NCBI GenBank assembly: GCA_963826115.1
Contig: CAWGVS010000010.1
Location: forward strand, 512,001 to 576,000
Length of the DNA: 64,000 nucleotides
Direction of reading: 5' to 3'
Source of the DNA: an uncultured Candidatus Rokubacteria bacterium
Lineage (GTDB): Bacteria; Methylomirabilota; Methylomirabilia; Rokubacteriales; DASRDR01
Shown: one piece after another, positions 10,301 to 24,516 of the stretch
Layout of the letters: the number at the start of each line of letters is the position of its first letter
How positions within the stretch are numbered: position 1 is the first letter of the stretch
Made by a program: the position numbers and the translations under genes
The notes under the pieces: model-generated
The model's input: the letters and a program-made list of their open reading frames with translations, nothing else
The model's database searches: none
What the model was told of the DNA's origin: nothing

Positions 10301-10713
10301 CGTCGCACCGTGCCTTCCTCGAGGACCGTCAGGAGCTTGGCCTGGGACTCCGTCGGCAGGAGCGCGACCTCGTCGAGGAACAACGTGCCGCCGCCCGCCT
10401 CCTGCACGAGCCCGGGCTTGGCGTGCTTCGCGTCCGTGAACGCGCCACGCTCGAAGCCGAACAGCTCGGCTTCCAGGAGGTTCGACGGGATCGCCGCGCA
10501 GTTGACGTCGACGAAGGCGCCCTCGGCCCTTGGACCGGCCCGGTGGAGCAGGCGGGCCACCATGCTCTTCCCGACCCCCGTCTCGCCCAGGAGGAGGACC
10601 GACGCAGGCCGCCGGGCCTGGGCCTGGCCGACGAGGAGGCGCCGGAGCGTCTCGCGGACGCCCGCCATCGCCGAGCTCTCCCCGATGAGCTCGCCCAGGC
10701 GGTCGATGTCCAC
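7354..10713 (-). CDS. Sigma54 enhancer-binding AAA+/Fis-HTH fused to a STAND NTPase and TPRs
   Basis: GETGVGKS, GAFTDA, TLFLDEV, RFRSDLYHRL, WPGNIREL, HTH NVSRAAARLGLSRSQLRYR; second P-loop GTGGVGKT, LILDNCEH, GLPLAIELAA; TPRs; GTG start at 10713 inferred. Confidence 0.88.
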   Translation of the reverse strand: MDIDRLGELIGESSAMAGVRETLRRLLVGQAQARRPASVLLLGETGVGKSMVARLLHRAGPRAEGAFVDVNCAAIPSNLLEAELFGFERGAFTDAKHAKPGLVQEAGGGTLFLDEVALLPTESQAKLLTVLEEGTVRRLGATRGEPVDVWIIAATSEDLEVAARERRFRSDLYHRLAVITVRLPALRDRPDDILPLAERFLREASAGTARPPKTLTADARAALRGHEWPGNIRELKNVITRAVLLTEASELPAAALELSPSPARSKGRAADAAEAEPDAAGEIGPERVEQVLRDTGWNVSRAAARLGLSRSQLRYRIDKHGLAPERAPGATEPVGPTDASAERAPVTLPLPVTSLIGREQELRNVDRLLGAHRVVTLLGTGGVGKTRLALTAGPQLRERYPDGVWFVELGTVPDAALVAQAVAAALGLHEDAARPPRELLATALARRQALLILDNCEHVVETCAALVEALLRACPRLAVLATSRERLNIPGESTFQVPSLAVPDEREVAPDRLARSEAVRLFVERARLVAPTFAITAANAASVAELCRRLDGLPLAIELAAARVRVLRVEQIVARLNDRFRLLTGGSRTVEPRQQTLRAALDWSHDLLSKPEQTLLRRLSVFAGGFTLEAVEGISAGPELDASQALDLLAQLVDKSMVLVETGDSGAAVARYRLLESIREYCQERAQAAGEVAWLRGRHQQWFLALAEEAERRSRGPEQIAWLDRLETEYDNLQAALSWRDQDRASDVLRLRLGAALWRFWEVRGGLREGLKWLGAILADAGHEAPAERARALNGAGNLARDVGDYRSAAAHHTEALGLRRQIGDPRDIARSLNNLGVIAHDQARYADAEAFFSEAIPSWRAAGDDEGLALTLNNLGRTRRFQGDFERAVVLGQEALALFRANDHAWGTAQELNNLANAAHYQGDVAGARPMYEESLRLRRLVGDRRGMGVALNGLALLLGVTGALDDARQLAEEALALRRDLGDRRGIGASLFALASVALWGGDLDRAEHLGRESLGIRSDLADRLGIACCLEVLGEAAFARAQHARAARLLGAAAVERAAIGAPLPPLQREPVERIMAAVATHQDRDTGEATVSAVVAEELEAYRPDSQGEGTVRGA

Positions 10714-10759
10714 GATGGCGTCCCCCGTTTCCTCGGCCCGGTCCCTGGAAGGTCTCGCG

Positions 10760-10818
10760 GCGGGGCGTCGACGCCCCGCGGCCATTGGCTAGCCAGTGGC
10801 TGACCAGCGGCTGACCCG
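10760..10818. repeat. 20-bp perfect palindrome followed by three tandem 11-bp repeats (candidate enhancer/UAS)
   Basis: GCGGGGCGTCGACGCCCCGC at 10760-10779; TGGCTAGCCAG/TGGCTGACCAG/CGGCTGACCCG at 10786, 10797, 10808. Confidence 0.65.
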
Positions 10819-10896
10819 CGTCGCGCCCGAGTCGGGCCCGCCCGAGATCCTCGCCATCCTACCGATTATTCAGGCGAAACACCAACGCAGACGCCC

Positions 10897-10911
10897 TGGC
10901 ACTGCCCTTGC
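10897..10911 (+). promoter_or_regulatory. Sigma54 (-24/-12) promoter
   Basis: TGGCACtgcccTTGC with exact GG-N10-GC spacing, divergent from a bEBP gene, about 110 nt upstream of ATG 11019. Confidence 0.8.
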
Positions 10912-11018
10912 CCTAGCGTGTCCCCGTGACGTCGCGCTCGAGACCGAGCCCGACGGTCGAGAGAGGCACACAACGGGCCGGTCCTCCTCGCAGGAGGACG
11001 GCAACCCAGGAGGTCGCC

Positions 11019-12059
11019 ATGAAGCTTCCACCGAGCCCGCCGCTGTCGAGCCTGCTGGTCGCCGCGTTTCTGGCCGTCGTGGGATGGCTGGCCTTCACGG
11101 CATTCGCCGGCCCCCAGACCCCGATCGACGGGGCCGTGTCCGACCCCGCGCCGGTCATCGTGCCCCAGGCCGGGCATCAGCACGCGCCGCTCCCGGCTGG
11201 CGCTCCGGCCGCCGCGGTGGCGCCCAAGGCCGGCGCCGACGCGCCTCGGGCCGCCGCCCCGGCCGGCCGGGTGCTGGGCGCGGAGAGCGAGATCGGGAAG
11301 GGGACCGTCTCGACGTACACGGAGATCAGCGCGCAGGGCGAGCTCCGGACGATCGGCATCGTCTTCTCGCCGGGCGCCCTGGACGGCCTGCCCACGGACG
11401 GCTCGGACTTCCACCACTGCTTCGACAAGAACCAGGACGGCGCCGTGGACCGGGCGACCGAGTGCCTCCACAGCTTCGAGCACGTGCTGCCGCTCCCGGA
11501 TGCCGTGGCGCGGCGCAAGGACGTGCCGTTCAAGTGGGTGCTGCTCAACTGGAACCCGCACGGCCACATGCCGCCCGGCATCTACGACCTGCCGCACTTC
11601 GACGTGCACTTCTTCATGGAGCCGATCGCGAAGATCTTCGCGCTCCAGGCCGGCCCGTGCGGGCCGGAGCTGATGCGCTGCGATCAGTTCGAGGTGGCGA
11701 AGCAGCCGGTGCCGTCGAACTACATCCACCCCGACTTCAAGGACGTGGACGGCGTGGTGCCGGCGATGGGCAACCACCTCGTGGACCTGACGGGCCCGGA
11801 GTTCCAGAAGCAGCCCTTCACGCGGAGCTGGATCTTCGGGTCATACGGCGGGCGGATCATCTTCTACGAGGAGATGGTGGCCCACCGGACCCTCGTCAAC
11901 ACGACCCAGTCATGCTCGCCGATCAAGCAGCCGAAGGGCGTGGCGACGGCCGGTTACTACCCGACCCTCTCGTGCCTCCGCCACGACGCGACGACGGGCG
12001 ACACCACGGTGTCGCTCGAGCAGTTCGTCTTCCGCGCCGCCAGCGCCCCGGAGCCCTGA
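11019..12059 (+). CDS. Secreted His/Cys-rich protein (DUF5602/TTHB210-like)
   Basis: AGGAGG RBS; hydrophobic N-terminus; NWNPHGH, YDLPHFDVHF, VPAMGNH, IFYEEM; DKNQDG Ca-binding-like loop. Confidence 0.7.
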   Translation: MKLPPSPPLSSLLVAAFLAVVGWLAFTAFAGPQTPIDGAVSDPAPVIVPQAGHQHAPLPAGAPAAAVAPKAGADAPRAAAPAGRVLGAESEIGKGTVSTYTEISAQGELRTIGIVFSPGALDGLPTDGSDFHHCFDKNQDGAVDRATECLHSFEHVLPLPDAVARRKDVPFKWVLLNWNPHGHMPPGIYDLPHFDVHFFMEPIAKIFALQAGPCGPELMRCDQFEVAKQPVPSNYIHPDFKDVDGVVPAMGNHLVDLTGPEFQKQPFTRSWIFGSYGGRIIFYEEMVAHRTLVNTTQSCSPIKQPKGVATAGYYPTLSCLRHDATTGDTTVSLEQFVFRAASAPEP

Positions 12060-12141
12060 GCGGCGGCCTGACGGGCCGGCGCCCGCTCGCGCGCGATCCA
12101 GGTCGCGACCGCGAGCGGGCGCCGCCGCGCTTCCGCAGCCT

Positions 12142-12834
12142 CTATCGGCGCGGGGCCGGCTTCTTCCGCGACGTGGCCCGACCCTTCCGGGCCGCGGAGG
12201 CTCGCCGGGGCCGGCGGACGGCCCGCACCTTCCCGGTGCCGCCACTTCCGCAGAAGAACCGGTCGCCGCCGTCGGACTCGAGCCCCGAGACGTTCACGCC
12301 CGGCGGCATCGCGAGTCGCTCCAGGACCTTTCCCGTCCGGGGATCGACCCGCCGCAGCTCGCTCTCGTCGTCCTCCCAGGTGCCGTGCCAGAGCTCGCCG
12401 TCGACCCAGGTGACTCCGGTGACGAAGCGGTTCGACTTGATGGTGCGAAGGATCGCCCCGGTCTCGGGATCGATCTGATGGATCTTCCGGTCCCGGTACT
12501 GCCCCACCCAGAGTGTTCCCTCGGCCCACGCGAGCCCCGAGTCGCCGCCGTCGCCCGGCGCCGGGATCGTGGCGAGCACCCGGCCGGTCTTCGGATCGAT
12601 CTTCTGGATGCGACGCTCGGCGAGCTGGAACAGATGGCGGCCGTCGAAGGCCGTTCCGGCATCGCCGGCGACGTCGAGCGAGCGCACCGTCTTCCCGCTC
12701 GCCGGATCGAGGGCCTTCAGCGTGGCTCCGGCGGCGAACCAGACGCGCTTCCCGTCATAGGTGACGCCGCCGACGGCGTCGACACCCGGAAAGGGTCCGT
12801 ACTCCCGGACGATCTCGGCCGCGGTTGGTTTCAT
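12142..12834 (-). CDS. Glutamine cyclotransferase-like beta-propeller protein
   Basis: Repeated blades GVTYDG.W, GTAFDG, GLAWAEG.LW, GVTWVDGELW, SGLESDG. Confidence 0.8.
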   Translation of the reverse strand: MKPTAAEIVREYGPFPGVDAVGGVTYDGKRVWFAAGATLKALDPASGKTVRSLDVAGDAGTAFDGRHLFQLAERRIQKIDPKTGRVLATIPAPGDGGDSGLAWAEGTLWVGQYRDRKIHQIDPETGAILRTIKSNRFVTGVTWVDGELWHGTWEDDESELRRVDPRTGKVLERLAMPPGVNVSGLESDGGDRFFCGSGGTGKVRAVRRPRRASAARKGRATSRKKPAPRR

Positions 12835-12843
12835 GCATTCATC

Positions 12844-14064
12844 CTAGCCACTCGGGAGTGGCGCGGGGAGTAACAAGAGCGTCGTGAATCCCGGCACGGG
12901 CGGGGTCATCCAGCGCCGCGCCCGGCCGCGGCCGAGCGGCTGGACCTTGCCGGCGGCCGCGAGCGAGTCGAGCGCCCGCTGCACGGTGCGCTGGCTGGCT
13001 CCGAGCGCGAGGGCCAGGGCCGAGCTCGACCACGATTCGCCGTCGGCGAGGAGGGCGAGCATCGCCCCGCGCTCGCCTTCGACGGGCGGCGCCAGCACGG
13101 CCACCTCGCGGGCGCGTCTCGGCTCGAGCGCGAACCCGCGCTTCGTCGCGCTGACGCCGCCGAGCGTCCGGAGCGCCGCGCGCAGCCGTCCGACCTCGAC
13201 GCGCAGCCGCGCCCGAAACGAGGTATCGGCGAGCGGGGCGCCGAACGCCCGCGCGACGAGCGTGTCCCGCGACACGTCGCCGGGCCACGCCTCGCCCAGC
13301 GCCCGGGCCAGCTCGAAGAGCACCGGACGCCGGGCGAGCGAGACCACCGTGCGCGCATCGCGCACGGCCCGGCGGCACGCGTCCACGACCAGCGTCCTCG
13401 ACGTCAGCAGGGCCTCGACCTCCTCGAGCCGGAGGGGGCGCTCCTCGCCCCTCGCGATCAGGCGCGCCGCCGGCGCGCCCAGGACGAGGGCGGCGCCGTC
13501 GACCTCCGCCGCCAGGGCGGGAATGCGCGCGTCACGCGCGGCGCGCTCGGCACGGGCGAGCGCCGCGCGCGCCGCCTTCGGCCGGAGCCGGCGCAGCGCG
13601 ATCCCCGCGGCCACCAGCTCGTGGACCGCCCGGTGCGCGGACGGGAGGGCCGAGGGGTCGAGCCCGGCGAGCGCGCGCTCCGCCTCGTCGACGTGGCCGA
13701 TCAGGAGGAGTCGCCGGATGCCCAGGTACCGGGCGTACGCGGCGTTCACCCGGTCGCCGTGCTCCTCCAGCGTCGCCCGCGCGGCCTCGAGCGCTCGCGC
13801 GCGCCAGCCCAGATCGCGCGAGACGAGGGCCACCTCGGCCTCGGCGACGACGCACCGCGCGCGGGCCACCGCCTCGCCCGGACCGAAGGCCCGCGCCGCG
13901 CGGCGCAGGAGCGTCCTCGACCGGGCGTGATCGCCGAGCTGCGCCATCGCGATGCCCCGGAGCGCGAGCGCGGGGGCGTCGTCGCGCAGGGCGACCCGCT
14001 TCAGCGCGGCGAGGGGATCGCCGGCGGCGAGGGCGCGCGCGGCGGCGGTGATCAGGGAGTCCAT
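12844..14064 (-). CDS. Putative transcriptional regulator (helical N-terminus, C-terminal HTH domains)
   Basis: MDSLITAAARALAAGDPL start; RARLRVEVGRLR; WSSSALALALGASQRTVQRAL HTH. Confidence 0.8.
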   Translation of the reverse strand: MDSLITAAARALAAGDPLAALKRVALRDDAPALALRGIAMAQLGDHARSRTLLRRAARAFGPGEAVARARCVVAEAEVALVSRDLGWRARALEAARATLEEHGDRVNAAYARYLGIRRLLLIGHVDEAERALAGLDPSALPSAHRAVHELVAAGIALRRLRPKAARAALARAERAARDARIPALAAEVDGAALVLGAPAARLIARGEERPLRLEEVEALLTSRTLVVDACRRAVRDARTVVSLARRPVLFELARALGEAWPGDVSRDTLVARAFGAPLADTSFRARLRVEVGRLRAALRTLGGVSATKRGFALEPRRAREVAVLAPPVEGERGAMLALLADGESWSSSALALALGASQRTVQRALDSLAAAGKVQPLGRGRARRWMTPPVPGFTTLLLLPAPLPSG

Positions 14065-14188
14065 CGGAATCCCGCCACACTTGTCACTCCCATGGTTCCG
14101 CCATCCGGCGTCAAGTGTATCGCGTGGCCAGGAGCCACGGAGACGTGGCGAGAACCGAACCGACACCCGAGAGAAGGAGACAGGCACC

Positions 14189-14968
14189 ATGACGAAGCAC
14201 AAGACCGGAACCCGCCAGGAGTGGCTCGCGGCGCGGCTCAAGCTGCTCGACGCGGAGAAGAAGCTCACGCGGAAGAGCGACGAGCTGGCGCAGCGGCGCC
14301 AGGAGCTGCCGTGGGTCCGGATCGACGAGAAGTACGGGTTCGAGACGGAGGAGGGGAGCGCCTCGCTGGCCGACCTCTTCCGGGGCCGCTCGCAGCTCCT
14401 CGTCTACCACTTCATGTTTGGACCCGACTACGCCGCCGGCTGCCCGTCCTGCTCGATGATCGCCGACGGCTTCAACGGGTTCGCCGTGCACCTGGCCAAC
14501 CACGACGTGATGCTCTGGGCCGTGTCGCGGGCGCCGCTCGCGAAGCTCGAGGCCTACAAGCGGCGGATGGGGTGGACGTTCCCCTGGGCGTCCTCGTTCG
14601 GCAGCAGCTTCAACGCCGACTTCGCCGTGGGGTTCACCGAGAAGCAGCAGCGCGAGGGTGGCATCGAGTACAACTACCGGCGCGAGGCGGCGTGGCAGTG
14701 GCGCGAGGGCTCGGAGCGCGGCGGCGAGGGGCCCGTCGCCGAGTTCGCGGCCATGACCGGGACCGACGTGCCCACGTACATCCGGGAGCGGCCGGGCGTG
14801 AGCGCGTTCGCCCTCGACGACGGCGTCGTCTACCACACGTACTCCGCCTATGCGCGCGGACTGGACGGCCTCTGGGGCAGCTACCAGTGGCTCGACCGCG
14901 CCCCCCGGGGACGCAACGAGGAGTCGGGCGTGTGGTGGCGCCGCCACGACGAGTACGGGAAGCGCTGA
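14189..14968 (+). CDS. DUF899 thioredoxin-like protein
   Basis: RRQELPWV, LADLFRGRSQLLVYHFMFGP, GCPSCS, WLDRAPRGRNE; AAGGAG RBS. Confidence 0.9.
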   Translation: MTKHKTGTRQEWLAARLKLLDAEKKLTRKSDELAQRRQELPWVRIDEKYGFETEEGSASLADLFRGRSQLLVYHFMFGPDYAAGCPSCSMIADGFNGFAVHLANHDVMLWAVSRAPLAKLEAYKRRMGWTFPWASSFGSSFNADFAVGFTEKQQREGGIEYNYRREAAWQWREGSERGGEGPVAEFAAMTGTDVPTYIRERPGVSAFALDDGVVYHTYSAYARGLDGLWGSYQWLDRAPRGRNEESGVWWRRHDEYGKR

Positions 14969-14976
14969 GGGACGCC

Positions 14977-15813
14977 ATGGTGACCGCGGCGCAGACTGCG
15001 AGACCGGAGATCTCTCGACGCATGGCGTCCGAGCGAACGTCCCGCCACGCGTTCCTCGGCGTCTCGGCGGTGCTCTTCGCGGCCAGCGCCGCGGTCACGA
15101 TCCGGTGGTGCCTGTCCATGTCCGAGATGGGGGAGATGCCGATGCCCGGCGGCTGGACGATGTCGATGGCGTGGATGCGGCGGCCCGGGCAGACGTGGCC
15201 CGGAGCCGCCGTGTCGTTCCTCGGCATGTGGGTCGTCATGATGACGGCGATGATGCTGCCGTCGCTGGTCCCGGTGCTGTGGCGCTACCGGCAGTCGATC
15301 GCCCGGACGGGGGAAACGCGCCTCGGCGGGCGGACCGCGCTCGTGGGCGCGGGCTACTTCCTCGTGTGGGCCCTGATCGGCATGGCCGTGTTTCCGCTGG
15401 GCGTCACCCTCGCGGCGGCCGAGATGGGCCAGCCGGCGCTCGCGCGCGCCGTGCCGATGGCGATCGGTGTGGTCGTCCTGCTCGCCGGCGCGCTCCAGTT
15501 CACCGCGTGGAAGGCGCGTCACCTGGCCTGCTGTCGGAGGGCGCGCGGACGCGAGCGAGCGTCGCCCGAGGACGCCCGCGCCGCCTGGCGTCACGGCCTC
15601 CGCCTGGGCCTCCACTGCAGCAGTTCCACCGCCGGCCTGACGGCGATCCTGCTGGCCGTGGGAGTCATGGATCTTCGGGCGATGGCCGTCGTGACGGCGC
15701 TCGTCACCGTCGAGCGGCTCGCGCCGGCCGGGGCGCGCGTCGCGCGAGCCATCGGGGCCGTCCTGGTGGGGGCCGGGGCGCTGCTGGTCGTGCGAGCGGC
15801 CGGCCTCGGATGA
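14977..15813 (+). CDS. DUF2182 predicted metal-binding integral membrane protein
   Basis: Met-rich MPMPGGWTMSM, MWVVMMTAMMLPS, QFTAWK..LACCR; multiple TM segments. Confidence 0.85.
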   Translation: MVTAAQTARPEISRRMASERTSRHAFLGVSAVLFAASAAVTIRWCLSMSEMGEMPMPGGWTMSMAWMRRPGQTWPGAAVSFLGMWVVMMTAMMLPSLVPVLWRYRQSIARTGETRLGGRTALVGAGYFLVWALIGMAVFPLGVTLAAAEMGQPALARAVPMAIGVVVLLAGALQFTAWKARHLACCRRARGRERASPEDARAAWRHGLRLGLHCSSSTAGLTAILLAVGVMDLRAMAVVTALVTVERLAPAGARVARAIGAVLVGAGALLVVRAAGLG

Positions 15814-15883
15814 GACCGGCCGCGTGGTCTACCGGGAGGGCGCGGCGCGGGTGGCCGCTCGGACCACCCGCGCCGCCCGGGAG

Positions 15884-18797
<2,914 letters not shown>

Positions 18798-18818
<21 letters not shown>

Positions 18819-18855
18819 GTAACAGGACGTTACGGGTGCGCGACGTCCGTGTCAA
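18798..18855 (-). promoter_or_regulatory. Sigma70-type promoter of fur-katG with a Fur-box-like operator
   Basis: TTGACA (18855-18850), 17 nt, TAACGT (18832-18827); GGGAATGAGAATCACTCCC (18816-18798) matches 13/19 of GATAATGATAATCATTATC. Confidence 0.7.
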
Positions 18856-18996
18856 GACGGAGGGCAGGCGATCACGGGCGGCCGTCGTAGCAACCGGACG
18901 GCCTGCGAGTTGCCGCACGGGGGCGCCACCTTGCCCGGCGCGCGGCGCCCGATCGGTTCGGGACGAGACCGGGCCAGCGCGTGGCCGGCCGGGCGG

Positions 18997-23196
<4,200 letters not shown>

Positions 23197-23379
23197 CGGG
23201 GCCATCGTACCCGCCGAGCGACCCCTGTCATAGCCGGTCGCGCGCGCCGTCTCCGAGCCGCCGCCCGGCCCTGCGGCCCTTGACACCCTCGTCGGCCGCC
23301 CGGCACGATCGGAGGCGGTGCACGCCTGGTTCCGTGGCTCCTCGGTCGGCCGGACGGCGGCCGCGCCGGCGTCGAGACG

Positions 23380-24501
23380 ATGAGCCGCCCGAGCCGCCTG
23401 CCGAGCTGGGTCGTTGCCGCGTCGCTCGCCGTCGTCTCGACGCTCGTCTCCCTCGCGCTCGCCGAGGCGCTTCTTCGAAGGGTGTACCGGCTCGAGGATC
23501 TCTTCGCCCAGCGGCAGTACGAGCCGGCCGTCGCCTCCGAGGGCTGGCAGCGCGCTTTCGTGCGCGACTACGGGCGGCTCCGGAAGACGGGCCGGCTGGG
23601 CACCGACCTCGGCGGCTACGTGCACGACCCCGAGCTCGGGTGGGACACGCCGAACCACGTCCGCGGACCCCGCGGCTACCCGGTGGAGCGCCAACCGGGC
23701 GTGTTTCGCGTGGCCGTCGTCGGCGATTCGTTCGCCTACGGCGCCGAGGTGGGCGACGACGAGACCTTCCCGCATCGCCTCGAGACACGCCTCGCGCGGG
23801 GCGAGGTCCTGAACCTGGGCGTGCGCGCCTACGGGATCGACCAGATGGTCCTGAAGTACCTGAAGCGCGGCCGGGCCTATCGCCCGGACCTCCTGATCGT
23901 GGCGATCTGGACCCTCGACTACACGCGCACGCCGCTCACCTTCTACCGCTTCGCCAAGCCGCTCTACGTGCTGGACCGGGACACGCGGGCGCTGGCCCTG
24001 ACGCGGACGCCGATCCCGCCGCCGGACGAGGTGTACGCGACCCTCCGGCGCGAGCTCGGGTTCCTCTCCTACACCTACACCCTGGTCCGCGAGCGGCTCG
24101 GCGGCCGGCCCGACGCCGAGACGTACTTCCGGCGGTGGGACCCGCTGGTCCGCGCGGTCCTCGGCCGGCTCGTCGAGACGGCGAGGGCGGACGGCACGCC
24201 CGTGCTGTTCCTGCTCATCGAGCACGGCCTCGAGCTCGCGAGCGACGAGGGCGTCGTCACGATGTGCTGCGAGCGGAAGCACCTCCTCGACATCTTCCAC
24301 GGCCTGGGCGTCGACGCGATCGACGTCGGCGTGGCGCTCTCGAAGCGGCACTCGCGCGCGACGGTATATGACCGCCTGTACATCCACCATCGCGGGGTGC
24401 CCAGCGGGCACTTCACGCCGCTCGGCAACGACGCCGTCGCCCGAGAGCTCGCGGACTACATCCGCGGCAAGTTCGGCGCGACCGTCGTCGGCCCGGGCTG
24501 A
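23380..24501 (+). CDS. Membrane-anchored SGNH/GDSL hydrolase-like protein
   Basis: N-terminal TM ending LAEALLR; VGDSFAYG block I; VLNLGVRAYG; SGHFTPLGN block V. Confidence 0.85.
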   Translation: MSRPSRLPSWVVAASLAVVSTLVSLALAEALLRRVYRLEDLFAQRQYEPAVASEGWQRAFVRDYGRLRKTGRLGTDLGGYVHDPELGWDTPNHVRGPRGYPVERQPGVFRVAVVGDSFAYGAEVGDDETFPHRLETRLARGEVLNLGVRAYGIDQMVLKYLKRGRAYRPDLLIVAIWTLDYTRTPLTFYRFAKPLYVLDRDTRALALTRTPIPPPDEVYATLRRELGFLSYTYTLVRERLGGRPDAETYFRRWDPLVRAVLGRLVETARADGTPVLFLLIEHGLELASDEGVVTMCCERKHLLDIFHGLGVDAIDVGVALSKRHSRATVYDRLYIHHRGVPSGHFTPLGNDAVARELADYIRGKFGATVVGPG

Positions 24502-24516
24502 GGTGGCCGGGCGAGC

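Noticed and set aside
7381-10803. Very long antisense or alternate-frame ORFs (e.g. 7381..10803, 15824..18388, 18910..22104, 41179..43653, 44967..48470)
   Set aside because: Shadow ORFs expected from high-GC codon bias; they overlap well-supported genes and carry no motifs.
10786-10818. Short tandem repeats here and at 3211-3239 as CRISPR-like arrays
   Set aside because: Units are 11-12 bp with no spacers, and there are no cas genes.
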